The translations under genes were made by a program, and so were the position numbers. From NCBI GenBank assembly GCA_001929475.1, contig LXFE01003412.1:1-34655 (forward strand): a DNA stretch of 34,655 bases, read 5' to 3'. Numbering within the stretch: position 1 is the stretch's first letter; every line of letters begins with the position of its first letter. Shown here in pieces: positions 23,556 to 34,655 of this stretch. The notes under the pieces were generated by a model, which was not told the DNA's origin, ran no database searches, and saw only the letters and a program-made list of their open reading frames with translations. This DNA comes from Neolecta irregularis DAH-3 (taxonomy: Eukaryota).

Positions 23556-23825
23556 TCATCCATCAGATAGACATTCATCGCGCCTCAATCTATACGATCG
23601 TGTAGCGAAATATATTTCAGTCTTTTGAGGTCTCCGTGCAATTTCGCGAGTAGGTGCCATAATATTGAGGATTTCGCCCTGTGCGAACCTTGCGTAAGCG
23701 ACGACAACCATGAAGAGTAATAAAATCCCGAGGCATAGCCGCAAGACCTTGCCAGATTGCTTAGGTACAACGACGTGCGTGTTCTCGTAAACGGAGGGAC
23801 CTTCAGAACTTGCGTAAAAGGCCAT
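23556..23825 (-). CDS. Hypothetical small single-pass membrane protein (may be truncated or spliced further)
   Basis: From MAFYASSEG...; one hydrophobic segment LCLGILLLFMVVVAY preceded by basic residues (type II topology). Intron-like CTAAC segment just past the stop. Confidence 0.3.
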   Translation of the reverse strand: MAFYASSEGPSVYENTHVVVPKQSGKVLRLCLGILLLFMVVVAYARFAQGEILNIMAPTREIARRPQKTEIYFATRSYRLRRDECLSDG

Positions 23826-24530
23826 ACTTGCAATATGGAACAATCTGTTATTAGCTGAAAAGTCATATTCCCAAGGCAAAGAGCACTTTACCAGAAACAA
23901 TCGCAGTCGAGATCCGATAAATCAAGTGGATCGTTGAATATATGAAGCATTCGACCGAGCGAATTGAAAGTGAAAAGAAATGAGCTGGGAGCGTCTATTA
24001 TTTGACAAGACTACACTTTAGCGGGCAGCGCGATGACCCTTTTTGGAAAACAATTAATAGTTCCTTTGGTTGTTTTTGGCCAATCTATGCATTCATGAAA
24101 TAGCTAATCACGCGGCCTTAACCGACGATCTCAAGCTAATGAATGTCACTGATTCGCTGCAGCTACCATTTAAATTCAACATTGATAGTCTCGCGAGCAG
24201 CAATATACTCGCATATACCCTTCAATGAGAAGTAGTGGCAATTGTCCATATGAGGAATTGTATACTATGTTGTAATAGACAATAATTCATCTAAAAACAA
24301 GCCTATAGCAACTAGTTCCTGTGCCTAAAGGCTAGTATCATATATCATTTGAATATCTTTTAGAATATATCAATACTGAGATCAGTCTGGGAGTAATTGC
24401 CACTCTATAATCTGCTACTACAAAGTATAGATAGTATCTCATATTACCAAAATAATATTGCGAAGTATTTCGAAATTTCCCGATCGCCGTAACGAGGATT
24501 CGGGTTAAGACTCAAAAGCTCTTTGTGCCA

Positions 24531-25199
24531 ATGACATTCCCTCCGCAAACCCTTTTACTTCCGATAACAGATCCCGAAGAAGATCTTTCTGTATTCTTTA
24601 CAGTTCCTACATCATTAGGCTTTGTAGACTCAAAATCTCCTTCTCTCGAAATAGAAATCGGACGTCAAACGTACACCATCTATCAAGGCATTTCAGGATT
24701 AATTTCGGGACAAACGGGACAGTTGGTCTGGCGATCCTCTATTCACTTTGCCAATTGGTTGTCGAAGCAAGACTGGTTCAAGCCGAAAAATGTCGTCGAG
24801 CTGGGCAGTGGAACGGGGTTGTTGGCATGTGTTTTAAGGGAAAAATGCAAGAGGTATATCGCCACTGATCAACGATCTTTACTCCGTTTATTACGAAAAA
24901 ACACGGATGCTGAGGTTCTTGAACTTGACTGGACTCATCCTGTGAAACCATGCGAGATGGACTATATACTTGCATGTGATGTGGTGTATAACGAGAATCT
25001 AATTGAGCCATTGGTTCAAACACTCGAGTTTTTGGCTTCGGTACAGACCATTGTGATAATTGCCGGCGAGCTTCGGAGTTTTGAGGTTGCTGTTCAGTTC
25101 TTGCAGGTTTGGAGACGCAGTTTTCATGTGTGGATAGTGGGAGACGATAGCTTGAACATCATAATCTGGATTGGGAAGAGAAAGAGTTCGCCTCGGTGA
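24531..25199 (+). CDS. RKM5: Protein-lysine N-methyltransferase, family 16 (Rkm5-like)
   Basis: Intronless. LGFVD, TGQLVW, motif I VVELGSGTGL, YIATDQ, ELDW, motif II ILACDVVYNE, ELRS. Confidence 0.7.
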   Translation: MTFPPQTLLLPITDPEEDLSVFFTVPTSLGFVDSKSPSLEIEIGRQTYTIYQGISGLISGQTGQLVWRSSIHFANWLSKQDWFKPKNVVELGSGTGLLACVLREKCKRYIATDQRSLLRLLRKNTDAEVLELDWTHPVKPCEMDYILACDVVYNENLIEPLVQTLEFLASVQTIVIIAGELRSFEVAVQFLQVWRRSFHVWIVGDDSLNIIIWIGKRKSSPR

Positions 25200-25377
25200 T
25201 TGTGATTTTTGAATGATCTGGTGGGCTTGAATATGCCCGTATTAGATAAATTTTTTCATTTGATTTCCTGATATCCAAAACATACAAGCATGCCCAAATT
25301 ATTTGTACCCTTCAATGAATTTAGTTCAGACTTCGTAAATGCATTCGATTAATCAGTTCTATGCTGCATATTCAGTC

Positions 25378-26517
25378 TCATCCATGGAAACTCCTGCTTT
25401 TCGCTAAGGGGCTAGGAGCATACACCTCACTCCAAATATTCTTTTTAACTGGGACAAGATTCTCTGGTCTTGAAGCCGTATATCCTGCCGGTCGAAGCTT
25501 AACAGGACTCTTGATAGGACTATTACTACTTGCGGTCAAAGGTCTCCGGCTGTTATCCCATTCACGGTTCGCTCTGATTGGACTTTCTGTATTTCGACGA
25601 AGTGGCGTATGAATAATTTTCGTACCAGGACGAGGGAGAGATGGTGAACTTACGCTGATTGAACCGTCTGTTGAGATTCCCACGTCGCGTTTTGCCACTG
25701 AAAGGCGAGGTGAAACAAATTTTGAATTATATTCCCGGAACGCTTCTGATGCGATGAGTGATTTGTCTTTTAGTTTGGTGTCGTAGAGATAAGTCAATGT
25801 TAAAAGCTGAATAGGTTAGACACGATGGAATGGCAAGATGACCATTGCCGAAAGCAGAGCGTTTTGAAATAAGGAAAACGTCACAGTATGCGACCATATG
25901 TTGAGCACGTGGATTGGCGAGAAAGAACTGGGTGTTAATATAATCTAGTGTAGATGATTGTACCAAAAAATAGCAATTGAAAACATTTCTGGATCCCAGA
26001 TTTTTACTTCCCATACAACTTCTCCGTTAGGCGTCTGTCTCCCTCTATACACGTCAGAGTTATCATGAGATTTCTCGTGACATACGCCAAGTCCCGTAAA
26101 AATTGGCCTGGTGAGTTGTCCACATTCACCAATTTTGCATTGGGAGTAGTAGGTTCTTCCTAGTTCTTAACGGTTTGACTCCAATTTCTAAAAGATATCT
26201 ACCTCTTTTTCAAAAAGACGATATGTGCGCGATTTACTATACGCACAAACACAATTGACCAAACAAAGTCCAGCCAGAAACCATGAAACGGTCTGCATAG
26301 ACCCCTTATGCCACCCAGATCTATCCCTAAAGATCTCGTCGCTTCGATTATTTGTATTATAGCGGGCCCAGAAGAGAAGTAGATTGCAAAGACCGCCAAT
26401 AAAGTAAATGTATGATAGAGGAATATCAATGTCGAGCTCATTTAGAGAGAGGAGAAGGTCGAGTGGGTAGGAAGTTAGGCGGTTATAGAGCGAAGTTTTG
26501 CGTATTACGGGTGGCAT
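25378..26517 (-). CDS. NUR1: Nuclear rim protein Nur1/Mug154 family, 5 exons
   Basis: MPPVIRK...YPLDLLLSLNE, transmembrane segments, RTYRLFE, PTTPNAKLV, VWEVKIWDP...FSPIH, KDKSLI..E..EYNSKFVSPRL...RDVG. Four GT-AG introns. Confidence 0.8.
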
Positions 26518-27274
26518 GGTCAGTATACTTGAGCGCTTTGAAGTTTGAGATAGCCTCTGAGCGCTCAGGCAGGGTGGCGAGTGCAGTTTTAATCCCGGGA
26601 ACCTAAACAACCCAGCAGACCTGAGTTGTTTTCCAAGGTATTTGCCTTTATTTATACATCCTTTCTGTACAGCTGCTGCAAAGGTCCACTATCTTGCGCA
26701 AACATGGCAACCTGTCAATCCAATAGTAGCCCAAGCATGATTCGCTCTTTCCTCCACCTTTCCTCAATATTCCGCCTCTCCAATGCCACTCCGCCATTCC
26801 GCCTCACTCTCACTCAGTTCGTTGTTTTTGCCTTTCTACATAAATCTTCTTAGTCAACATCCCACATACTTGCTCTATTGTCTCTACCGGAACTTCAGCA
26901 AGATGCAGGCACGGCTGGTCATGATCAATCTCTGCCCCTAATTATTTGTCACAGGACAATAGTTTGTGAGATGTGTCGATTCTTCAAGTCCATATATTGA
27001 TTATTCAACGAAAGCATTTCAGCAATATCAACTTCTGATCCATATCAACTTTGCCACTTCGAGGCGTGCCATAACGTACTTTTAGTCGCCTCAGTTTGTG
27101 TTCTGTTTAATCCAACCTACCATGAATTGCGCGATAATGCGTTGTTGTTAATACACATTCCTAACGCGTGACTGAAATCAGGAGGTCAAGCCACAATAAT
27201 GATATGTGATAACAGGGTGGATTACTCCAACACAAGTCGCCCCTGAATTTAACCCTTCCGCCTTAAACACCACT

Positions 27275-28583
27275 ATGCTATTAATTCAGGCCCTTTCAGT
27301 TTTACCCACCCTTTTGACTATCTCTGCATTGCCTCAGCACCAAAAGGCCTTTGAAATTAAACATGAACTCCGGCTTATTCAAACTTCAGACTCGGCACCC
27401 CCTCAGTGGGTGCCGGAGGACGAGATCGTCAAGATGCAAACGAAAGGAATAAAGTTCATGGATATCACGGAATTCCCTGATCTCGGAAAAATCAATTCCA
27501 AAAGATACACTATTGCGAAGACCAAATTTCCTGAGCATCTGAATTACCAGAAGGAAGTCAATACAGCCATCGCAAATATATCAACAGAGTATATGGAAGA
27601 AAACCTCAGAGCTTTCATTGGCTTTAATACTCGGTACTATAAAGTATATCTTGTGCACCTAATTCCACTAACGCTATCAGAGCTCCACTGGTCAACAATC
27701 TGGAGAATGGCTCTTCGAATTAGTCAAAGCAACATGCATAGGCAATCCAAATATCAGCGTTACTCAGTTCCATCATTCATGGAGACAGCATAGCATCATT
27801 GCCAAAATACCTGGCTCTAAGTCAGAGAGCATCGTGATTGTCGGTGCTCATCAGGACTCGGCAAATCTCTTTTTTCCGGGGCATAAGGCTGCCCCTGGGG
27901 CTGATGATGATGCTTCTGGAACCGTCACTATCCTTGAAGCGTTAAGGGCACTTGTCAGTGTCGGATTCCAGCCAGAAAAGACGGTTGAGTTTCATTGGTA
28001 TTCAGCAGAAGAAGCCGGACTGTTAGGATCTCAGGCTGTATTTTCCAAATACGAGAGGAAAAATAAGGATGTTGTTGCATTCTTGGTGCGTGCTCTTATA
28101 TTTTTTGCTTACGTCGAAAGCAACAAGACATGACTGGCTACATTCAAAAGACTCTTGAGAGTGGGAAATCAGAATCAGTTGGCGTTATCACTGACTTTGT
28201 TCACAAAGGGCTGACGTAAATGCGGACATATATGACGAACTGTTAACAAAATAGCGATTTTATCAAGACCATCATTACGGAATACTGTATGGTCCCCTTC
28301 GTGGAAACTAAGTGTGGATATGCATGTAGTGATCATGCTAGGTAATCGGGATATTTTACTAAACTCTAACAAGATAGTGCTTCGAAAGCCGGGTATCCAT
28401 CAGCGTTTGTCATCGAATCGGATTTCAAGGATTCAAATCCTAATATTCATACGATTGGAGATACCATTGATAAACTTAGTTTTGATCATATGAAAGAGCA
28501 TACTAAATTGTAATTACTGATCTCCAAGATATTTTTGACCGCTTAGGACGATCGGATTCGTTGTTGAGTTAAGTCACATTTAG
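27275..28583 (+). CDS. LAP1: Secreted leucine aminopeptidase (peptidase M28E, LAP1-like), 6 exons
   Basis: Signal and pro-peptide; [55 protein letters not shown]. Five GT-AG introns. Confidence 0.93.
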
Positions 28584-29282
28584 GGATTAACCTTCGGCTC
28601 TGGATTTATTGTGGTTTTGTGGCGGTTATTGCAGAGGTAATGTAAGTATGAAGCCATATATAGGGTGATTCTTGATGAATACATGGTTTCAAAGTATTGT
28701 GCTGTACTTATAGAGTGATCGTGTGCTTTTTGAATCAGTGAACTGGAGAAGATCTGTGTCAACATAGATCTAGACCTCCACGATCAATACCTACCGATTT
28801 GAATAACATTTTCTTAGATAAACAGCAATATATCCATTTCTAATCCGACAAATGAGGCAATTATTAAAGTTTCGCTAATAAGCTTTGGAATGTGCATATT
28901 GCAGGTTTTTCCCGATAACGGCCCGGCTCCTAGACAGTTGACTCAATTCTTTGGATTAGAGAATATATCTGGGCTTCGAAATAAGTGGTGTTCAAAACAT
29001 TTGAGGGTAACTGCGAAAATGATAACTGGCAATAAGAGACGAAACCAAAAATAAGAGAACATGGGGATTCTTTTTTGCATATACTCCTGAATCTAATTAT
29101 TGGGCGCAGAATAATCCCTTTATGGACAATCTTCATTAATCGGGCTGTAAAAATATTTCCCCAAATTAAACATACAACTGCACCTCGCAACACTGGAACA
29201 CAACAAATTCTTTCATCGCATATCTGAACGCTGTGCTCGAACAACGGATCTTGCAAACCGTACTTGACAACATAAGATTCCT

Positions 29283-31118
29283 ATGTCGTACCTACGCAAT
29301 GAATCTATGCTATTCTGCTGCCGGATCTCAGCCCGCCTTGCAAGAGACCCGACCATTCCCCAATTTCGATATCGGCCATATACAACGAAACAGGAATCGA
29401 CGGCGCTAGTAGTCGTGCCGAACCAAGTTCTTACCCAAAGGACACCATCATTTCTTCTTTCAAAGTATAGGTATTTTCGCAAAGAGAAAATTGTCTTTAC
29501 AACGGAAGAATGGGACGAGTATCTTACGCTGTTTCTACATTCAGCGTCTCCATTAGGCAGTTTCCACGAAATTTTGAATGATGCGCTAAAGCAGGACAAT
29601 CATGATCTGCTTTGGTGGTTACTCGTCTCAAACCGATCTGAGGACGCTTATGCTATCTTTAATCGAATTTTTCAGCAGGCATTCCGTCCATTCGCGCTGA
29701 GGACGGGAATAATATATATTGGAAAGTTAGCGGAAAAAGGAGATTATCCCAGAGTATTTCGTTTATTTCGTTTGTTCTCCATTCCACGTCTGATATCGAA
29801 TCGATTTGTGTCCCAGCATTCTTTCACTTCCCTTTTGGATGGTCTCGACAAGTTAATTGCGACAGAACCAAAGCATGCGGTCGAACAATTGTTGCAGATA
29901 TTGTTGATTCTGGGTGTAAAGGAGGATCTTGTCGAAAATGGACTTCTCATGATTAGAAAGTCAGTTGACCAGGGCTATCACTACCCTTCACACTTTATTA
30001 ATAGATTAATCGACGCAGTCTTGCATTCCAAACTTCCCATGGACAAACAAATCGATTACCTAGTGAAAATAACGTACTTTCATGAGCTACATTTGTCACC
30101 AACGACAGTCGATTCACTCTGTCGGAATCTTGCGTTGGACGGGTCTCTTAGATTGAAGAATCTTGCGTATAACCACCTGCAGAAGCATAATATTATCATG
30201 CCGATATCGTTCCTTGTCGACCTCATCAACCTGAATTGCCAATGCATGAACTCAACGACTGCCTGGAGGATATACGATCGCCTGTCTCACTCACCCAGTC
30301 CCTCTGTTACCGTAAAACTAATCCGAGCTCTTAGTGAGCAAAACAATCTTAAGGATGTCGACATTCTCTTCTCCAAACACGTCACAAAGCTCGATTTGAA
30401 TGATCGCCATAACCAACCAATCGTACATGAAATATTGGAACACGCAACAAGACATAAAGATATTGATCTCGCCTCTCAGGTGGTAAAATATCTTATTAAA
30501 CCGTTCTCGCGTGAAGTATACACGCTTCTCTTAGCTCTTCAACTTTCTGTTGGAAAAACGGATGATTCAGTCAATATCTTGAGTCAAATGCGTGAAAATG
30601 GGGTTCAACCGAGCCGTCGCGATCGCAACATCATTCTCAAATCCTTACTAAAGGAAAATCCTGAAAAAGGATTTGCGATGGCTCAAGAGATGTCGGGGAT
30701 ATTGACATATGGGGGTTGGTGCTCTATACTCAACACTGCATCAGAGATACAACGCCAAGATATTGTAGATTGGGCAATCAGTCATCTGGGCGGTCGGGAA
30801 ACAATGACTATCACGGCGTTCAACATTCTTCTTAAACCTCTCTCCTTTGAAGCAGCGCGGAGTCAGACTTGGAAACGGTGTGGAAAAATTAACTACATTA
30901 CTCTTAGAATACTCCTTCATAAAGCCAAGAGTGAGAATAATGTTCCGGGAGTTTTGTGGACTGTCAACGAGATGAAACGATATGGTTGGAGGCCTTCTGG
31001 CGGTGAAGCCATTGAGTGGGTGAAGGAACGCGCTCAACAATGGAATGATAATTTTGAGAAAGCCTCCCAGAATAAGAAAAAGAAACTGGCTCCTGGGTTA
31101 TGGATCTACGATTTGTAA
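29283..31118 (+). CDS. Pentatricopeptide-repeat (PPR) protein, probably mitochondrial RNA-binding
   Basis: Intronless 611-aa helical ORF with Arg-rich N-terminus. PPR-like units such as EVYTLLLALQLSVGKTDDSVNILSQMRENGVQPS and ITLRILLHKAKSENNVPGVLWTVNEMKRYGWRPS. Confidence 0.7.
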   Translation: MSYLRNESMLFCCRISARLARDPTIPQFRYRPYTTKQESTALVVVPNQVLTQRTPSFLLSKYRYFRKEKIVFTTEEWDEYLTLFLHSASPLGSFHEILNDALKQDNHDLLWWLLVSNRSEDAYAIFNRIFQQAFRPFALRTGIIYIGKLAEKGDYPRVFRLFRLFSIPRLISNRFVSQHSFTSLLDGLDKLIATEPKHAVEQLLQILLILGVKEDLVENGLLMIRKSVDQGYHYPSHFINRLIDAVLHSKLPMDKQIDYLVKITYFHELHLSPTTVDSLCRNLALDGSLRLKNLAYNHLQKHNIIMPISFLVDLINLNCQCMNSTTAWRIYDRLSHSPSPSVTVKLIRALSEQNNLKDVDILFSKHVTKLDLNDRHNQPIVHEILEHATRHKDIDLASQVVKYLIKPFSREVYTLLLALQLSVGKTDDSVNILSQMRENGVQPSRRDRNIILKSLLKENPEKGFAMAQEMSGILTYGGWCSILNTASEIQRQDIVDWAISHLGGRETMTITAFNILLKPLSFEAARSQTWKRCGKINYITLRILLHKAKSENNVPGVLWTVNEMKRYGWRPSGGEAIEWVKERAQQWNDNFEKASQNKKKKLAPGLWIYDL

Positions 31119-31537
31119 GGTGGGGCCACGCGAAAGCTGGTCACACCAGGAAATGGTGGCCAGCCTGAACGGTCGGATGGATCCAATAGATACACTCGCC
31201 CTATGGAGGCTTCGGTCACCACTGGTTAGCAGTGCTGAAGTTGCCACCACAGATGTGTACATACTTTTATCTACAACTGGTTAGTAGTGCTGTATTACTG
31301 AGTCCGAGGACTTGGCACACAGTCCTTGACGACAGACTGCTAACCTCTCATGACTGAACTTGTATATAATAAACACCTTTCTGGGACACCTAGATCCTTT
31401 AAATACTGTTCAGTTTCATAGAACTTTTCTTTACAAAGTAATCTTCATGTATCTCGCCTGGAAATAGCTTTCTGGTGGAGAGCAATGTTCTTCCGTCCTT
31501 GCATTTGACTTTCCCCTCGCCTCAAGTTTTCAGCTCA

Positions 31538-33128
31538 ATGTGGACAGTCTTCATTCTCTCTACATTATTCTTTCTTGGGATCTCTCTGTTATATTCGCAG
31601 TCTCCGATACAGGCATCTCTTGGCTTTTCGATCCTCTCTTTCGTATGTGTTGTGTATCTGATACCACTGCTGTCTGCTCCATTTAAAAATGTCGGATTCA
31701 AGGGAATAGACATGCTGAAGGCGAATAAACCACTCATGTGCGGTGCATGTGCTTAGATAAAAGGAATTGATTGGATAGTCCAGAAAGTATGGGAGCAGTT
31801 TCTGCTATGGTGTACATATCAGCTATGCTCCTATTTACGCCATTTCCATTCATGAAACATTTACGCGATATCAAGGATGCCCAAGAAGAACAGCTATATA
31901 TCGATGAAGGAAGAAGATTGTCTTTGTTTCCACATAATCAGGTGTGTCCTCTAAATTTTTCACGATTTGGCCATTTTCGGTATGGTGTTAATTGTAATAC
32001 ATACTCAAATAGCGGTCTTCGTTTGTCGTATATTTAACTCTAATTCGAGAAACCTGACAGTTAAAGCTTGGAACATATCTCTCCGCAATCCTTTCACTTT
32101 CAACAATGGTCTTTTTAGGAATAGCAGACGATCTTTTTGATATTCGCTGGCGCCATAAAATCGTCTTCCCCGCAATCGCTGCGATACCGCTACTGGTAGT
32201 CTACTATGTGGATTTCGGAGTGACGCATGTCATTGTCCCCAATATCCTTCGGCCATGGTTCGGAACACTTATTAATATTGGCAATTTAACTATTATTCGA
32301 TAAATACTAATTGCAGGTTGGTTATACTACGTCTATATGGCCGCACTCTCAATATTTTGCACCAATAGCATCAACATTTTGGCAGGTGTTAATGGGCTCG
32401 AGGTTCTACAAAGCATAATCATAGCTTCTTTCATTATCTTTAACGACTGGTGGTTTCTTTCAGATTCAAACCATCCAGCGTATAACAGCCATCTGCTATC
32501 TACATGTTTCCTACTTCCATTTATCGGTGTTTCGTTGGGATTATTGTGGTTCAATTGGTACGGTGACTCGGGAATTTTCCACTGATCATTCAGGTATCCC
32601 TCAAGAGTCTTCGTGGGAGATACATATTGTTATTTCTCGGGAATGACATTCGCTGTTGTTGGAATTATAGGCCATTTTTCGAAGACTTTATTGCTTTTTT
32701 TTGTTCCTCAGATCATTAATTTTCTTATCAGCACACCTCAACTTTTTGGATTTATAAGCTGCCCTCGGCATCGATTGCCTAGGTACGTGCACCTTGCCGA
32801 TAGATGCTAAACCACGAGGTATACTTCACAAACAAATTGCTTGTTACCATCGTTCACGCAACTGTCTCATCCACCATCTTTTCTTCCTCGCATTACTTTA
32901 GCCACCCTTGAGAAATTCGGTCTAGTAGAACTTCATCGCAACAGACATGGCACGATTCTTGAAAGTAGCAACCTTACTTTACTCAACTTTCTTCTTGTAC
33001 GGTTCGGAGCGATGAGGGAAGACAGGCTCTGTATTCTGATAGGTTTTATTCAAATCCTATGTTGCGTAGGGGGTTTTTTTATTAGACATTACATGGCCAG
33101 GTTGATTTATCCGATAGATAATATCTGA
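31538..33128 (+). CDS. ALG7: UDP-GlcNAc:dolichyl-phosphate GlcNAc-1-phosphotransferase, 6 exons
   Basis: [92 protein letters not shown]. Five introns, including GC-AG at 32281-32316. Confidence 0.97.
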
Positions 33129-34100
33129 TGTAGTTCTATATTCATCCCTTATAATACTTTCTAAAAGAGGAATTTGAAGTGCTTCTCAAGAAGACTTTCA
33201 CGTGGATTCCTGTGGACATGAAAATTGCGTTATCAGCATGGATGGCGTCGGCTATTGGATCCGTATTCAATTCCTATCCATTCCCTGAAGTTAGGCGTTT
33301 GAACTGAATTAGCATTTATGGGTTTGTATAAAGGGAACTGAAGAGTAATTATATTAATCCCATGGATCCTATGACCAACCTGGTCATAATGAATAATCAA
33401 AATTCACTGCCCTTTCTGGTATTAAAGAGATCAAAAACTGCACATAAACAAAATTAAGCTAAATGTCTACTTGGATGGTAGTTAGAGTCTCACTTTAATG
33501 ATATTCTGCAGGATTGATACATGCAATCCTGTATGTGATTGTCTTTCCTCCGGTCTTAATAGGAGTAGCTAGCGGATGTGGCCATGGCCAGCTCGTGAGC
33601 TGCGTGGATGATCTGCCATGAGCGGGGGAGGGCGGAGCAGGTCAGATATCCAGATGGGGATTTCTCCGCAGTTGGCGACTGCCGTTAGCCAGGCAGCAAC
33701 AGCGAATAAAGAGAATCCACAAAAACATGCGGCAGTGCCGATTTCCCGCAGAACAAAAAGGGCGAATCCGTAGGGCCTCGTACCCTAGAGTCAGAATTGA
33801 TATAATATGGGGAGGCACAAGGGGGCGGGCACGGCTAGCCGGATAAGGCTAACTAGACCCAGAATATCCCGATTAAGTAATTATTTCAACTCCTAATCCA
33901 GTGATAACCTCACAAAATCACACATAGCACAATGAATGGAACGTTATTTATATCGCTGGATGCAGAGAATTTATTGCTATCAGATGGGCAAGGATGGAAG
34001 CGGACCATTGAAAGGGGAAGTTATGGGAGCAGATAAGGACTGTATATCACCAGGCCTGTATTCCCTATAATACAAACCATCTGTCAAGCTAAATATTTTT

Positions 34101-34499
34101 ATGCAACTCAATTTTCTTTGCATATCTGTCAGTTTACTCTTCCAACTGGTAGACTGTTCCAACTATGATCCTATCAAGCATGCAACTTGGAGGGTTTATG
34201 ATGTTGAGAATATGGAAATACATTGTCCCAGCAAAGGGTTTGATGATGGAGATAAAAGCAAGTTACTAAAGGTTACCGAATGGAATTCAGAAGATCCTTT
34301 CGGCGGCTTTGTGCCAAGCACTGGGAAGATTATTTGTGAACTATGGCCTACTGAAGATGTTGAAGAGAATACCCACCTCTTGAGTGTATGCGACGATGCT
34401 GGAAGGCGAATAGCGGAAGTTGTCTCGATTCGTGAAAATATCAAATTGCGTGTCATGAAGAATGAAGATTTGCGAAATACAGCCTGTACTCTTTCATAA
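34101..34499 (+). CDS. 132-aa small secreted protein of unknown family
   Basis: N-terminal signal-like MQLNFLCISVSLLFQLVDC-S; 4 Cys in the mature part; intronless ORF. Confidence 0.55.
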   Translation: MQLNFLCISVSLLFQLVDCSNYDPIKHATWRVYDVENMEIHCPSKGFDDGDKSKLLKVTEWNSEDPFGGFVPSTGKIICELWPTEDVEENTHLLSVCDDAGRRIAEVVSIRENIKLRVMKNEDLRNTACTLS

Positions 34500-34655
34500 T
34501 CTACTCTGCCTTACATCCCAGTCGTTGCAGGGGCTAGCAGTGGAACATTCATTCCTGTTTTGGATCTTGGCAATGAAATAAGGTTATAATGCATTGCAAA
34601 ATCCCAAATTTCTTACGATCCAGGTACTATCCACAGCCACTTGTGAAGAATATGT

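Noticed and set aside
26626-27000. Possible small gene between NUR1 and LAP1
   Set aside because: Several incompatible splice options and no convincing product.
28930-29256. 108-aa minus-strand ORF upstream of the PPR gene
   Set aside because: TTG start, no recognisable features; splicing attempts hit stop codons.
1360-33128. AGM1 (UDP-GlcNAc supply) and ALG7 (UDP-GlcNAc use) as a GlcNAc gene cluster
   Set aside because: They are about 28 kb apart with many unrelated genes between; coincidental linkage is sufficient.
33720-33810. RNase P RNA-like words (GGGAAATCGG, CAATTCTGACT) on the minus strand
   Set aside because: Wrong order and spacing for the P4 conserved regions.

Overview
Gene-dense region of a compact fungal (ascomycete; Taphrinomycotina-like by inference) nuclear genome with many very short introns (mostly about 30-45 nt). 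Conserved genes recognisable after manual splicing: AGM1/PCM1 phosphoacetylglucosamine mutase, FPR1 (FKBP12), a long-chain acyl-CoA synthetase (FAA/lcf), a TPMT/thiol-halide methyltransferase, an FSH1 serine hydrolase, an Ifh1/Crf1-like regulator, an Rkm5-like methyltransferase, Nur1/Mug154, an M28 leucine aminopeptidase, a PPR protein and ALG7. The most striking feature is that five separate minus-strand ORFs (6356-12484) splice into one ~1,950-aa protein. It has a Ki-67-type N-terminal FHA domain, clustered SPRK (CDK/minor-groove) repeats, an acidic middle and a long basic repetitive tail, and two perfect MCB boxes lie upstream: a candidate fungal Ki-67-like chromosome-periphery protein. Between the housekeeping genes are orphan genes: a His-rich small secreted protein, a Cys-containing small secreted protein, a hidden multi-intron minus-strand gene and decayed coding relics. 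There are two GC-AG introns and one candidate GA-AG intron. No RNA genes, CRISPR arrays or recognisable transposons were seen. All splice models are manual predictions without transcript support.
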